Positions 49,099-61,048 of a stretch of 64,000 nucleotides of DNA are shown here, one piece after another. The stretch is from Oopsacas minuta (Eukaryota > Animalia > Porifera): NCBI GenBank assembly GCA_024704765.1, contig JAKMXF010000313.1, positions 341,450 through 405,449 on the forward strand, in the 5' to 3' direction. The position numbers and the translations under genes are program-made. Under the pieces are notes generated by a model. The model made no database searches. It saw only the letters and a program-made list of their open reading frames with translations, and was not told where the DNA came from. Position 1 is the stretch's first letter. Each line of letters begins with the position of its first letter.

Positions 49099-50337
49099 AT
49101 GGCATCTCACCACTTCCCTTATACTGGTTTTCCATCAGCCCCCACACACAGCAACTCATCCCCTAACATCACCAGTCCCTTTGAAACCTCACCTGTCATT
49201 ACATTCCATCCGCTTACTAATGGAGATGTGCGTACCAGGAGAGAAAGAGAAGCAGACATCGTGAGGAATTTCTCAAGTGAATTAACTACTCTCTTACCCA
49301 TTCAACCCAATCTAAAACCCAAATACGAACAAGTAGCTCTACTTGATGACGTCATATCTGACCTGGTGTCTCTTAGGCGACTGAAAGAGGTGTGTACAGT
49401 ACCCATTAGCTCAGAGGAGGTAATATCCTGTATAGCTTGGTCTCAGCCTCAGAACAAACACTTTGCTCTCTCTTACAACACTAAAATAAAACTATACGAT
49501 TACAGACAGACGCTAGAGAATGGATTAATTAGTCAATATTTGTGTTGTCCTTTTGAGGAGGTAAAGACAGATTCACAGGTGTTATCAATCGCATTTCAGA
49601 GAAGTCATATCAGTTACTGTCTAGCTAGTGGGGAGAAGGATGGTACTATTTGTTTATGGAGATACGAAGAACAAAGAAATACTAATCAATTCGTTAAAGA
49701 TACTATTGACAAGCTAGCCTCAACCTGCTGGACAGTCTCATGGATGCCAGGATCGACTCTGGTTACGTATGGAGGTCAGGACGGTATCATACGCATACAC
49801 GAGTGTGTTACGAAGACATCTATGTACGAATGGAGAGCAGATGCGTCAGTAAACGCACTGCTGTTTGCAAACCAGAATCTTCTTATAGCTGGTACCAGTT
49901 CTGATGCCATTCCCTTATACGACTTAAGGACCCCAAGTATATCTATAGGTAAACTGAAACGAGTGAACCAGGGGGTATGTGCTCTCAGTTCTATAGTGGG
50001 GTCAGAATTCGAAGTGGTGTCAGCCTCTAAGGACAGTACGTTAACCCTTTGGGATCTGAGGATGCGTAGACTCGTGAGAGGGTATAGAGGACATAAGAAT
50101 GAGGACAAGTTCGTGGGTCTTGCTAATAATGGAAAGTTCATTGCTGTAGGTACAGAAGATGATAGTATAATATTGTATCATAAAGAAATATCCTCCCCCG
50201 TTATGTGCTACAACTATCCTCCTGGAAATATGGGGTTTGTAAGATGTTTATCTTTCCATGAAGATGAGAAACATCTCATTGGAGGAAACTCAACTGGAAA
50301 TGTTAAAATACTCAAAATTGAAATGGACTTACCTTAG
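49099..50337 (+). CDS. COP1-type WD40 protein lacking RING, with an N-terminal bHLH-like segment
   Basis: C-terminal YRGHKNEDKFVGLANNGKFIAVGTEDDSIILYHK matches the COP1 WD40 signature; no RING cysteines; 412-aa intact ORF. Confidence 0.8.
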   Translation: MASHHFPYTGFPSAPTHSNSSPNITSPFETSPVITFHPLTNGDVRTRREREADIVRNFSSELTTLLPIQPNLKPKYEQVALLDDVISDLVSLRRLKEVCTVPISSEEVISCIAWSQPQNKHFALSYNTKIKLYDYRQTLENGLISQYLCCPFEEVKTDSQVLSIAFQRSHISYCLASGEKDGTICLWRYEEQRNTNQFVKDTIDKLASTCWTVSWMPGSTLVTYGGQDGIIRIHECVTKTSMYEWRADASVNALLFANQNLLIAGTSSDAIPLYDLRTPSISIGKLKRVNQGVCALSSIVGSEFEVVSASKDSTLTLWDLRMRRLVRGYRGHKNEDKFVGLANNGKFIAVGTEDDSIILYHKEISSPVMCYNYPPGNMGFVRCLSFHEDEKHLIGGNSTGNVKILKIEMDLP

Positions 50338-50674
50338 TATTTCATTTGCAATTCAATGATTTAAGTATTCTGTTTGTACAATTTCTATTTTTGAGATAAA
50401 ATATTAAAATCTAAATTGTTTAATACGTCTTTCAATGAATACGTATTATACGTTCAATATACAATTTTTTCTGCAATACATCATTTCATCAAAACAGTAG
50501 TAAACAGTAGTTCTCGAATTATTAATCAGAAACTCAGCACAATTAACTAAATTACAAAATACACGATAATAATGTGACTTATACAAATTTAACAGTGTCA
50601 AAATTTCGAGGTTAACCTATAATACATTTAAATAGATTACGTATAACGTATTACAGTAGAATCTCATAATACGT

Positions 50675-51062
50675 ACACGAGCGGACCTTCGAAATTTGTT
50701 TCCTTATCCGGAGTCCAACGTCCGTCGGTCCGTCCGCGCGGCCGTGCGAAATCTAGCAGTCCGATTAACATTAAAATTGATATACATATACACTTTGGAT
50801 CGGTGATTTGCACATCAGGTATGAATACCTTCTAAAGTGAAATTTTCACACCTTTTTATGTAAAACTCAATAGCATGCTAGAGATTAATTTGTTGTCCAG
50901 TAATTGGGTACGTATAGTCTGATGATATTTGCAGAGGGTGAAAGTTATACAATCAGTCAGGGTATGGCGCATTGCGCTATTTACACGGGGGATGTGCCCC
51001 CCTGGAAAGAATACAACAAATAACCCTGAGCTGCACTACCAGTCTGTCGGTTGGACATTTTA
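50675..51062 (+). repeat. Interspersed repeat family B copy
   Basis: GTCCGTCGGTCCGTCCG microsatellite-like start; homologous to 46470-46890. Confidence 0.75.
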
Positions 51063-52817
51063 GAGTAAGATGCCATCTAGAAGATGGATAATAGTCAACA
51101 GATGCAGATTAAATTTTGTGTATTAGGATAGCCATGCCACTAACAAATTTTGGTTTTGTCCAACAGTGAATTCTTTAATCTTATGTTGCATGTCTTAATC
51201 TCAAGTTGAGATTATGTAGAGTATCTTTGGACAAGGAGAAAGTCCGATTAGTGAATGAGGGGAAATGAAAATTAGTTCGAGTTAACGGCAAGCCCGTTCA
51301 AGTTATCCGGTTGAAATGCCACTTACCATAGAAACAGTACTAACAACACCAAAAAGAGATCTAGTTAAAACCGGGCCAAATGGACCGGTGGCGCCGGCCC
51401 TGAAAGTACATAAGAGATAGCGGATGTTGACTGTATATCTTAATTAATGATTTAAAATTTTTGATTGTTGTAAAGCGCTCTTAATTGGGTTTGAGCGCTG
51501 ACTCGATTGCACACACATGCACATACTTTGTATAATTATTGATTCATTATTAATTCGGATCTTGTATTTTAACTGGTTAATAACCCGAATTTGGGGAAAC
51601 ATTGTGTTAGCTTGTGTAAATAGGTGAGACTTGGCTGATATAATATTATATTGAGGGTAAGACGGGAGCGGAGCGTACCGAAATTTACTGTTTGTAATTT
51701 GAGTGATATCAACGTAATTAATCAATACCACAGTCTTGCCAGATAATATTAATATCCTGGTAGGGAGATACAACCCCTACCCACCTGGATCCACATTGGC
51801 GGGCCCCTAGGGTGGTAGCCCTAAGCCATGGCTTTGTTGGCATATAGATAAATCCGGGCCTGTTGACTGGCCTCACACTATATTACATTTAAAGAATTCT
51901 GCTGAAACGGATAAGAGCTACAGTTTATTACGAACGCAGGCATACATACTAACGAGGTTCTACTAGGTTCAATTTTTATGGATTTGATTAGATTGTAATG
52001 TTAGAAATAAGGTGAAACATACCAGTAAATTAGAGCATAACGTTTAGTAGCTGACTATGTAGATGTCTATCATTACCTAATTTATAGCGTGATTGCGGAA
52101 AGAGTGTAAAATTACACTCTACTTTGCCTTAAAAAGTAACAACCCTGATTTCATTCACTTGAGTATACAAAAATTGTTAACAATCATTCCGCCTGTTGCA
52201 GTATAACACGAATACACTGGTGTTAACACCTGCAACATAGCTGCTAAACTTTACGTGATAAACTAAAATGGATCTCATTTTAGGTATGTGCGGATCAGAT
52301 ACCCCATAATCCATTCTTAGCTTGAAGTCGCTAGATCGTGCAGGTCAATATAACAGTAATATATTCGTGAATACATACTACGTATTCAGACCAAGGTTAC
52401 AACCGAATAGTTCAATATTCGGTATTTCGAAGCCCAAACCGAATATTCTCAGTAGTATTTGGTTGATTTAATCGAATAATATTAGTATTCGTTTAGGCTG
52501 CTATTCATGAATACTGATATTCGGTTGCATCCGTTTCAACCCTGAATTGCAAACGTATTAATTACCCAAAATTAGAGAAATTAATTGTTAATGAAGTTAA
52601 TTAAGGTTCAGGAATATCCACTGTAAGTAGGTTGCATTGATTTAACCACGCTATGCAGTTAGTAGCTTATCAGTATATAATGTAGGTAGAGTGGCAGTTT
52701 TGGATTAGAAAGCAATCCAATAGCAGGACACTGTATGCATACCATTGCTATATCTAGTTGAGGTTTGAAGATTTTGTTTCATATAGTGTAATATACAATT
52801 ATTTATTATTTCATACG

Positions 52818-52997
52818 ATGCGATATTTGTATTTTGCTCTGTTCTTATTGCCATTCTTTACAATATGGACCTCAGGATCTTTTCAAATATGTCTTTCTCC
52901 TGATAATGAACAGATCTACTGCGAACCTGGAGCTTCTGAGTTGAATCAGTTCCTAAGTTTGAGATCATTCCACACCTGTGGTGAAGTGTCACAACGA
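52818..52997 (+). CDS. Laminin beta-like gene exon 1 (signal peptide plus start of LN domain)
   Basis: MRYLYFALFLLPFFTIWTSG hydrophobic leader, YCEP...FHTCG; GTGAGT donor at 52998, phase 0. Confidence 0.75.
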
Positions 52998-53731
52998 GTG
53001 AGTTATTTGAAATACGTATATCTATCATACTTGCCAACCTGGGTGAAGATAAAAGCAGGACAAGGCGGGGCGTGGCATATTAGTGTTAGACTGGGCTACA
53101 AAAAAGCGGGACAATTAATGTTTTGGCAAGTTTTGGGACATTAGCCTCATTGGCACGCAACACAAGTCCGAATACGAGAGACGTCCCGCATAAACGGGAC
53201 TGTTGGCAAGTATGATCTATAACTGACGAATACAGCTACAATAGACTTATATTAAATCTGAGGACTATCAAATGTTTTCAACTTACAATAAACCGAATAA
53301 AGTTTATATATCAACATGTTAACACTGAATGCCTAATTTTACGTATGGCAGTAAGTGTGTAAAACTGTAAATTCAATTTCCTCGTAACACAAAAATCCCG
53401 GTTCATTTGAGGCAATTAATTTTCTACATTAACCACCAATTATAATTAAACAATTAATTAACTGAAAGAGATAGATTACTATACGAATAAGGTTGCATTT
53501 CATTGACAATAGAACAACGTTGTTAATATTTATAGAATCGTATTAGTTTGGCTATGGTTTGGGGAATAATTGATATTATTTGTATTATATTTCGATAAAA
53601 TTATTGAATACAGATATAAGCTATGGTAATAGTATATCACGTGGTGTATGTAGTCTTGATTAGCAGAATGTCTTAAAATTTCCTAGTTTAACTTTCATAT
53701 ATATTAGTTGAGCTTACTGTTAATCACATAG

Positions 53732-53958
53732 GTATGTTGGAATAATGCATTAACAAACGAAACCCAGTGTCAAACATGTGACAATTCTGACAGCAGCTCT
53801 AGCTACCCTCTCTCGAACCTGCTGGACAGTCCTGGTGTATGGATATCAGATGGCTCTTTTAATGCTGTTATCTATCTGGAAGGAAACAAGTCACAGATTT
53901 TCTCTCTACTAACGATCAATTTCTTGTCTACGTTACCAGTTGCAACTAGCATAGAGAG
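53732..53958 (+). CDS. Laminin beta-like gene exon 2 (LN domain)
   Basis: Acceptor AG at 53730-53731; open frame VCWNN...CQTCDNS...VWISD...LPVATSIE; GT donor at 53959, phase 2. Confidence 0.75.
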
Positions 53959-55074
53959 GTACAGTTAATATTAATTATATATGACTGATGGAATCTGATG
54001 ACACGATTCTATTAGTTTAAATTTAGCATAGAGTATAGGAAGAGTATTAAGCCCTGTTCAATTTTGGAGCGCTCCCGTTTCGAGCTCACTGTCGCTAATT
54101 TAGCCAAGTATAAAATTGCAAATTGAATTGATAAAGTAACATTTCAACCACGTATTTGTTTACTATATATTTCAGAAAAACAACAATAAATTTACTTATG
54201 CGAAAAATAGAATTTCGGATTCAGCGTACTTTGTTACCCCATCGTAGCCGTTAAGAGCACTTCTCGCGTATATTTTAAGATTTCAACTATTTGTGTGCTT
54301 TATATTCATAATGTTTTCTAAAAAAATGTCTGAAGTCAAAATACTGTCCGGTTGGACATAAGTTTCGAAATATACTTCTGATTAGAAAAATCTGTCCAGA
54401 TAGTATATTTTGTCCGGCCTAAATATAAGAGATGATAATTACCCAATGATGAGAGCCTTTCGTAATTGTATTTTAATGAGTAATATTTAATTGTCCGATT
54501 ACGGGAAGAGGGTTACTGTCGTAATCAATCCGAACAAAATGTGTGGCCTAGTAGTGGTAGATGAATCATTTTCATATCATTTTATTTCCAGCAATAACTG
54601 GAATAATCAATAATTGCATTCACTTGTTAAGCCCTTGTTTTCACTGTGGGTACAAGAACAATAGACTCTATTGGTCTAGGCCCGATGTTAGACTTAAAGT
54701 TTGGGATGAATGGGATCTATGTTTAAAGTATTTGTAGCTGAAATTCAACACACATGTATATAAATTTAAAATCCTTATTTCTTGATTGTTGTTCTTCATA
54801 AATTAGAAAAGTAGGTAAATCTGTGTCAGTATTTATTTTCAAATGTAAATGTCCTTAAGCTGATATTTTTGAGTCAATATGTATAACCACTTCCTTCAAC
54901 GAATGTTTTTCAATGATATTGGATTATTAGAATTGCCCTAAAGTTGTTTGTTGAATATAAAAAATTGTAGCAAATTTTCCCCTGAGAAACCCAATAATTT
55001 CAATTCATCACAGCGATAAATTTGTGTATTTTCTTCCAAATTTAGCACAAAAATTGATTATTTAAGAAATTTCT

Positions 55075-55235
55075 CGTAGAATTCGAATTCCACTTAGAGA
55101 GGGAAATTTGAATGGTATGAGGCATATATTTATCTCTAAAGTATGCCCATTCCCCATTCACCGCTTATAGAGGTTCGTTTCTACAGAAATGAGTAGAGGT
55201 GGGCCCAAATTGCCCCGCTTAGAGGTTCCACTGTA
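55075..55235. mobile_element. Tc1/mariner-type MITE end in laminin intron 2
   Basis: Homologous to 7741-7889; ends GAGGTTCCACTG followed by TA. Confidence 0.6.
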
Positions 55236-56136
55236 ATACATAATTTAACCAATTAAGTATGTTAGTTGAACTACTTATGTGGACTCCCAGTTAGGGGGGC
55301 CTAAATATATGTTTCGCCGAATAGCAAAAAGTTGCCAGTCCGCCCCTGCTAATAGGTTAACACCGTTGTAACTAATTCTATTTACTAATATTCTAATAAT
55401 ATTTTCACTGAAACTAATTTTCAGTGAAGTATTGATTTGATTAGCGGTTCTGTTCTGCTGAAAATTGTCAACAATGCAATCCATAACATTTAGATTAAAT
55501 ATTCTAAGCAACATACTGACACCTGAATTGTAAGGAATTATTGAGTCAGTATTTTGACCCGGACCTTTATTCGAAAACAATAAAAACAACAATAAATATA
55601 TATATGTGAGAAACTTGAATACGCAAAATTCGGATTCAGCATATTTTGTTACCCCATCGTAGCCGTTAAGAGCAAGTGCCTACGTATATATTAAGATTTC
55701 AACTATTTGTTTACTTAATCTATACTATTAAAACGCAAATAATCTCTCTCTCTCTATATATACATATTTATATGTATATATGTTTGTATGTCCAGAATTG
55801 ATTGAAGAAACTGGAGGACCACTAGGGTTGATTTTGGGCATACAGGGTATTTTGGGCCTGGCTCGGGCCAGATTCGAGTCTTGGACGAAAAATCACATCA
55901 TTGACCATTGCTCAGCCAATATACATGATAGAAGTTTGAAATTTGAATCACAGGTACCCGTTAATGTGACAAATGTCCTGACGTCATGATTCTCATTTTG
56001 AGAGTAATAATTAATTATCCAATGAATAAATAAACGAAAGCACAGCATAGTACATCAATAAGACTAAATCTTATATCGCAGCTTAATCTTGAGTACGTAC
56101 TATTAATAATTTAATGTTTATTCAATGTCTCTACAG

Positions 56137-56353
56137 TTCCAACCAAGAAAATCTCAGTTATTCTACAATCGCCTATTTCATTCAGAATTGTTCGCAATCA
56201 CCAGTACACCTACAGTCTGTGTGTATAGAGCACTCTAGTCTTAATACACTGGAATATTCTACTCCTGAAGGAATTAAGTCAGATGCAATTAGAATTACTT
56301 TTTTATCTCATTTGAAGAGCTCATCAGATGGTTATTACTCACATGCAGTAGAG
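56137..56353 (+). CDS. Laminin beta-like gene exon 3 (end of LN domain)
   Basis: CTACAG acceptor, phase-2 entry consistent with exon 2; AYFIQNC...IRITFL...YYSHAVE; GT donor at 56354, phase 0. Confidence 0.75.
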
Positions 56354-56417
56354 GTAATACTAAATTTATGATAATTAATCCGATACGGTGAATATTCTTT
56401 AATCTTAACATATTTAG

Positions 56418-56595
56418 CGGATAGTTGTTGGTGGATTTTGTGATTGTAATGGACATGCTTCTGAATGCAGTGGGGAGGGAGCTGATAGGAAATGTGAGTG
56501 TCAGCATAACACAGCTGGAAGGGACTGTGAATCTTGTTTACAAGGCTACTACCCTTCAAGCGATAAGGAGATATCTGATCCTAACTACTGTGAAG
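56418..56595 (+). CDS. Laminin beta-like gene exon 4 (LE repeat 1)
   Basis: RIVVGGFCDCNGHASEC...CECQHNTAGRDCESC, a classical first laminin-EGF repeat in a frame not shown in the ORF track; flanked by 64-bp and 61-bp GT-AG introns. Confidence 0.85.
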
Positions 56596-56656
56596 GTATT
56601 TAATTATTTGAGATATTATTCAATTATTGAAATTTATTACAAATATCAATCGCTAG

Positions 56657-57463
56657 TGGGATGTGACTGTGAGTTATGTGGTGTTGAAGATGAATTCCAA
56701 CCTTGCAATCCTGTAACCAAGGAATGTATCTGTAAAAGTGATGTAGAGGGAAACAGGTGTGACAGATGCAAGTCTGGTTTTCATTCATTGTCTTTCGGTA
56801 ATCCAGCAGGTTGTCAGGCATGTTATTGCCCTTACGGAGGAGCAGCAGATCTTCCTTGTGACGCAACCACAGGAGCATGTTATTGTAGAGAAGGATTTAC
56901 TGGCAGTGCTTGTAATGTCGAGTTAGGATTATACATTCCTTCTTTAGAGCAAATATTCTCAATCCGTAATATCGCTGACAATCTCAACACACCTACCTAT
57001 GTGTTGTTAGATCAGATATCTGGTGTGAGGTCTGGCACTGGCTGGAGGGTGAGCAGTGAGGAATCCTTTTATACTCAGTTTGTTGTGGGGGAGACAGGGG
57101 ATTACTTATTCATCCCCCTCATAACTACTTCATCTCTTGACATTAATGTCGTTATTACATTGGCAGCTAACAACTCAGATTCTGATTTATACACTATCCC
57201 AGCAGCTGATCTATCTCAATGGAATACTGTGGTTTCATTGAATTCACAACTTTTGTACACTGTATCAGTAGAAATAAGCTCTACAGATAATCTGTTGGTT
57301 GTAGAAGATCTACTCTTTCTACCACTGGAAAGCGCTTCAATATCTCTAGACAGGTCAACACTGGAGACACTATATTCTAATTGTATTCCATACCATTATT
57401 ACGCTGCACCGGAATGTAATTTGACAAGCTACGTATCTGCTAGTCTCACACAGTCTCCTCTAG
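56657..57463 (+). CDS. Laminin beta-like gene exon 5 (LE repeats plus LF/domain IV-like region)
   Basis: Phase-1 entry; CICKSDVEGNRCDRCKSGF, a half LE repeat, then YIPSLE...SASL as in laminin-beta LF. Candidate donor GTTGGT at 57464, otherwise stop at 57474. Confidence 0.8.
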
Positions 57464-58175
57464 GTTGGTTTTAATCACTTTAAAGTTTATATACTTTTAT
57501 TCTCAATAAGTAACTACAAAATACAAACTGAATGTACAATGGGTTCTCTAATAGTCCTTGTTCATACATAATCTCTTAATCGTTATTCACTTCAAATTCT
57601 GTAATTGTCCGCTTCGAGCCCCATTGCCACTGGTGGATATTTAGAGAGGACCCCCTGTATAGGGTATACATTTAAATCTGTATTGGGAAGTAAAGAGTAA
57701 AATCGTAATAGGTAATTACACTTATGTAGAGAGAGTTTGTGTAAGATTTGAATCTATTTGTATACAGGCTAGAGTTTTCTCTGATTAGTTCTGACTTCTG
57801 AGCCAACTTGATGTATGAATAATAACGATCAAATTGGTAAGAAAACTACTAATTAATTAATAGATGGAACGTCAAATAATAATAATATATTTTTCGCTCG
57901 TTTTGCTTTGTTCTTCTCTTCTCTATCTGTCGATTCATAGTTAAGGTTCATTACTACTATAAAGGTTTAAATAATTGATGATCAAATCAAAATTAAGTGA
58001 CCCGGAATTTTAGCGAATATTGTAATCAGGTTGACCCGGAGACCAGGCCCAAACCTGATATAAGTAATCCATTTGATTAATAGATGTACGTTAATATACA
58101 TTGTAATATCTCAGAATCAATCTTCAAAAAACAAGTTTAGCAATAATCAAGTAAGAAATCAAAATGTAATTTTGA

Positions 58176-58733
58176 TTATTTAATATTACATTTAGAAATG
58201 TGTTCTTTCAGTTGTGGCATGTTAGAAGCCACTTTATGACACAAGTGACACTTTAGAGGAGTATGTAACAGATCTGAAAATTTGAATTTATCAAAATGAA
58301 CTTTTCCTTTTGACTCTAATTGTTTCAAAATCTCTTCGTTACTGACGAAATATTCTGTGTTAAAACTATTCCAATGTTTTTTGGTCTTTAGTCCAGCTCC
58401 TTGGAAGTCTGTACTGATCACATGCATGTGTAATTGCGGTACGCTGGGTATAGCATGGAATCCCATTTTATACTTCACTCCCTGGCAATCAACGCTTAAT
58501 AAAGATTGTATGAATTTATCTGCGAACAGTGCCATGTGTTTTAACAGTCCTATATGGGATGTATTCAAGTCAGTTATAGAATTTATAGTTTCTTTTGGCA
58601 ATGTGAGGTAATGATGTTTAGATTTAGGATATTTGTCTCTGATTATAACAACATGGTCATCTTGTTTCAGAATATTCTCAGGTTTGAACATATCAGTCAA
58701 GAGACTCGTAGACCAGTGACTCTTAGAGGCCAT
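58176..58733 (-). CDS. APTX: Aprataxin (HIT plus zinc finger, no FHA domain), single exon
   Basis: DKYPKSKHHYL, GFHAIPS..QLHMHVISTDF, KTKKHWNSFNT and terminal CHLC...H...C finger. Confidence 0.92.
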   Translation of the reverse strand: MASKSHWSTSLLTDMFKPENILKQDDHVVIIRDKYPKSKHHYLTLPKETINSITDLNTSHIGLLKHMALFADKFIQSLLSVDCQGVKYKMGFHAIPSVPQLHMHVISTDFQGAGLKTKKHWNSFNTEYFVSNEEILKQLESKGKVHFDKFKFSDLLHTPLKCHLCHKVASNMPQLKEHISKCNIK

Positions 58734-59659
58734 TCCTCGATTATACAGATATTAGTATGTTTGGCTGTGGTGTAGTCAGAGAAATGCAAAAAAATCTTGT
58801 GAATATTAATAATATAAATTATGAAACTACGAATTTCAACATTTATCAGTTCAGTAATCTAAATTGACCAAACTGTACTCAATACTGTACTCAATACTGT
58901 ACTGTACTCAATACTGTGACTGGCCGATCGGCCAAGTTAAAGCTCCTCAACAAAATTCCAATTACTTGTAGCGCACCTTAACCGATGTAACCAAAATGAT
59001 TCAGCGTCACAGTGGATACTTTTCTTATTGAGATAGAAAAAAATTCAGTGAGATCATTCGACCCATCAATCAATTAATATATATTGTTTCCATTAGCAAG
59101 TATAATTCAGCAATATTGATTCTTGATTTTATCGAATTAATTATCCAAAAATCATTTTCCCTAGCTACCAGCCTACCACACACAAATTCAGATAATGAGA
59201 CCATATTGTATCTAGGTAATAGTGAACAAGAAATTGAGGACTAATTGTTGATACAGTTCCGCAATTGTACCATGTGATATGACTAAGAGATTTGTCAAGT
59301 GAGATTACGGCTACAGAATAGAGGGATTAGTTGAAATTATGATAACATATCCCATGGGCACAACAAAGCTCATGAGTCAGGGTGGGGAAAGATGACGTCA
59401 TTCCCACCCGCCCTATACTTTTTGTATCACTGTGGAATGAAATCTGTGTGGGCACATGTCGACCCAAAATGGCCTAGTTGCACCTATGAGACATATCTTG
59501 CAATATAAGAGAATATTTGTATGCCTAAATAGGAATCGAGTTGTCCTGCATCTCTATATACAGATCCTACTTTCTAACGAGTCTGTAACCATTTAGAATA
59601 AGTACTGGAACTCGGCACAGTACCAAATAGAATTAAATAATAATGTAATGTTTGATTTA

Positions 59660-60200
59660 TAATAATCCACTTCTTACACTCTTCTCTCCCTTCTCCAATT
59701 TTCCCAAAAGTGAGTCTAGGTTTGTTCTTCTTCCTGATCTGCTGCATGATAATATCGATATTAGCAGCTAGGTTAAGAGACGGAGCAACAGTCTGTAGAA
59801 TTATCTTGTTTGATATACGTAGTTACAATTACATGTGTATCCTGATTGATATTCATTAATATTTTACTCTTCAGACTAGACAGCTGCACGTAACAGTAAA
59901 TAAAGTTCGCCAATTGGTAGTCGTGTGGCCTAAGGGCTGAGGAATCCATGGAATTCAGATTATGAATACGGTCCTGCATCTGAAAATCCAAAATGTCTGC
60001 CTTACTAGACTTATCTCAACTATTGTCTCACTGGCAAGTGATTCGCTAAATTTGACTATTTCTAGTCTCATTGAGTCGCAGTGTTTCACTAGCTCTATAC
60101 TGCAGGTCTCAATACCAGTATAGTTTATTTTCATCTCATGCTTCTTGTAATGTGTAGCTAGATTGACATCCAGTTTCTCTGTATGCACTCATCTATCTAC
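59660..60200 (-). pseudogene. Decayed paralog of the 22800-23090 coding relic
   Basis: 59737-59772 is an exact 36-bp reverse complement of 22957-22992, and flanking blocks also align. Confidence 0.5.
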
Positions 60201-61048
60201 AGAAACGATATTGGATCTGTAAGTGTTACATAAGGAAGCCTCAACACTATTCTATTAATAAATGCAAATACTATAGCTTCATAATATTTATTAATCCAGT
60301 TGAAACTGTAACAACATTATTATGTACTATGGATACAGCCCTCTGGTTAGGACCAAAATGCTTAATCAGAATTCTACTTAAAAGTAATATCATTTAATGA
60401 ATTAACAAAGAAATCCATGTATGATGAACTTTGGTAACAACAACAAATTCCGCATATAACAACATGAAACCAAAGTCCCGAGTACTTCGTTATAACTAGA
60501 GCTTGTTGTACAGGAATACCTGCTTGGCCTTTAGGCAAAGAATGGATTTTAATATTGGCCCTTGCCGAAAGAATGGAAATCTTGTTTCTTGAATTATATT
60601 ATTTTAGTCTTAACACATATAAAAACGAGGTTTGTTCGTTGTAGGCGGTTGTCCGCTTCTCTTCTCGGAGTGTCCGTTTTGGGAGACTCCACTGTAATGC
60701 TAATGGGGAAAATACAAATTCAATACATATGATGGTAATAGAAAATATAGGAACTATTTAGAAAAACTGTAAAATCAAATTGCTGATGTGTGTAGGGAAA
60801 ACCGCGAATAGTCGAGGGAATGTGTCGCGAACAACAAAACAAAACACAAAAATCATCTGCGAATAGTCGAAACCGTGAACGGCGAGGGCTGCTTTTATAT
60901 TACTGTAGTTGGCGTAGCTAAGATAACATATTACGAGCAAATGTACTCGTTATATCATTAAAGTTGAATATAAACAGTATCCATACTCATTTCAAATTTA
61001 CAATATCCATATATACATAATTAAAAATTGTTATTAAAAGAAAACCTG

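Noticed and set aside
58420-58450. Aprataxin HIT motif reads QLHMH instead of HxHxH
   Set aside because: The first His is known to vary in aprataxins such as fungal Hnt3, and the catalytic His is retained.
58872-58917. ACTGTACTCAAT tandem repeats
   Set aside because: A short minisatellite without spacers; not CRISPR-like.
59008-59434. Inward-facing CACAGTG / CACTGTG pair, a possible Transib-type MITE
   Set aside because: Similarity ends within about 11 bp and the 5-bp flanks (AGCGT vs GAATG) are not duplicated; chance is plausible.
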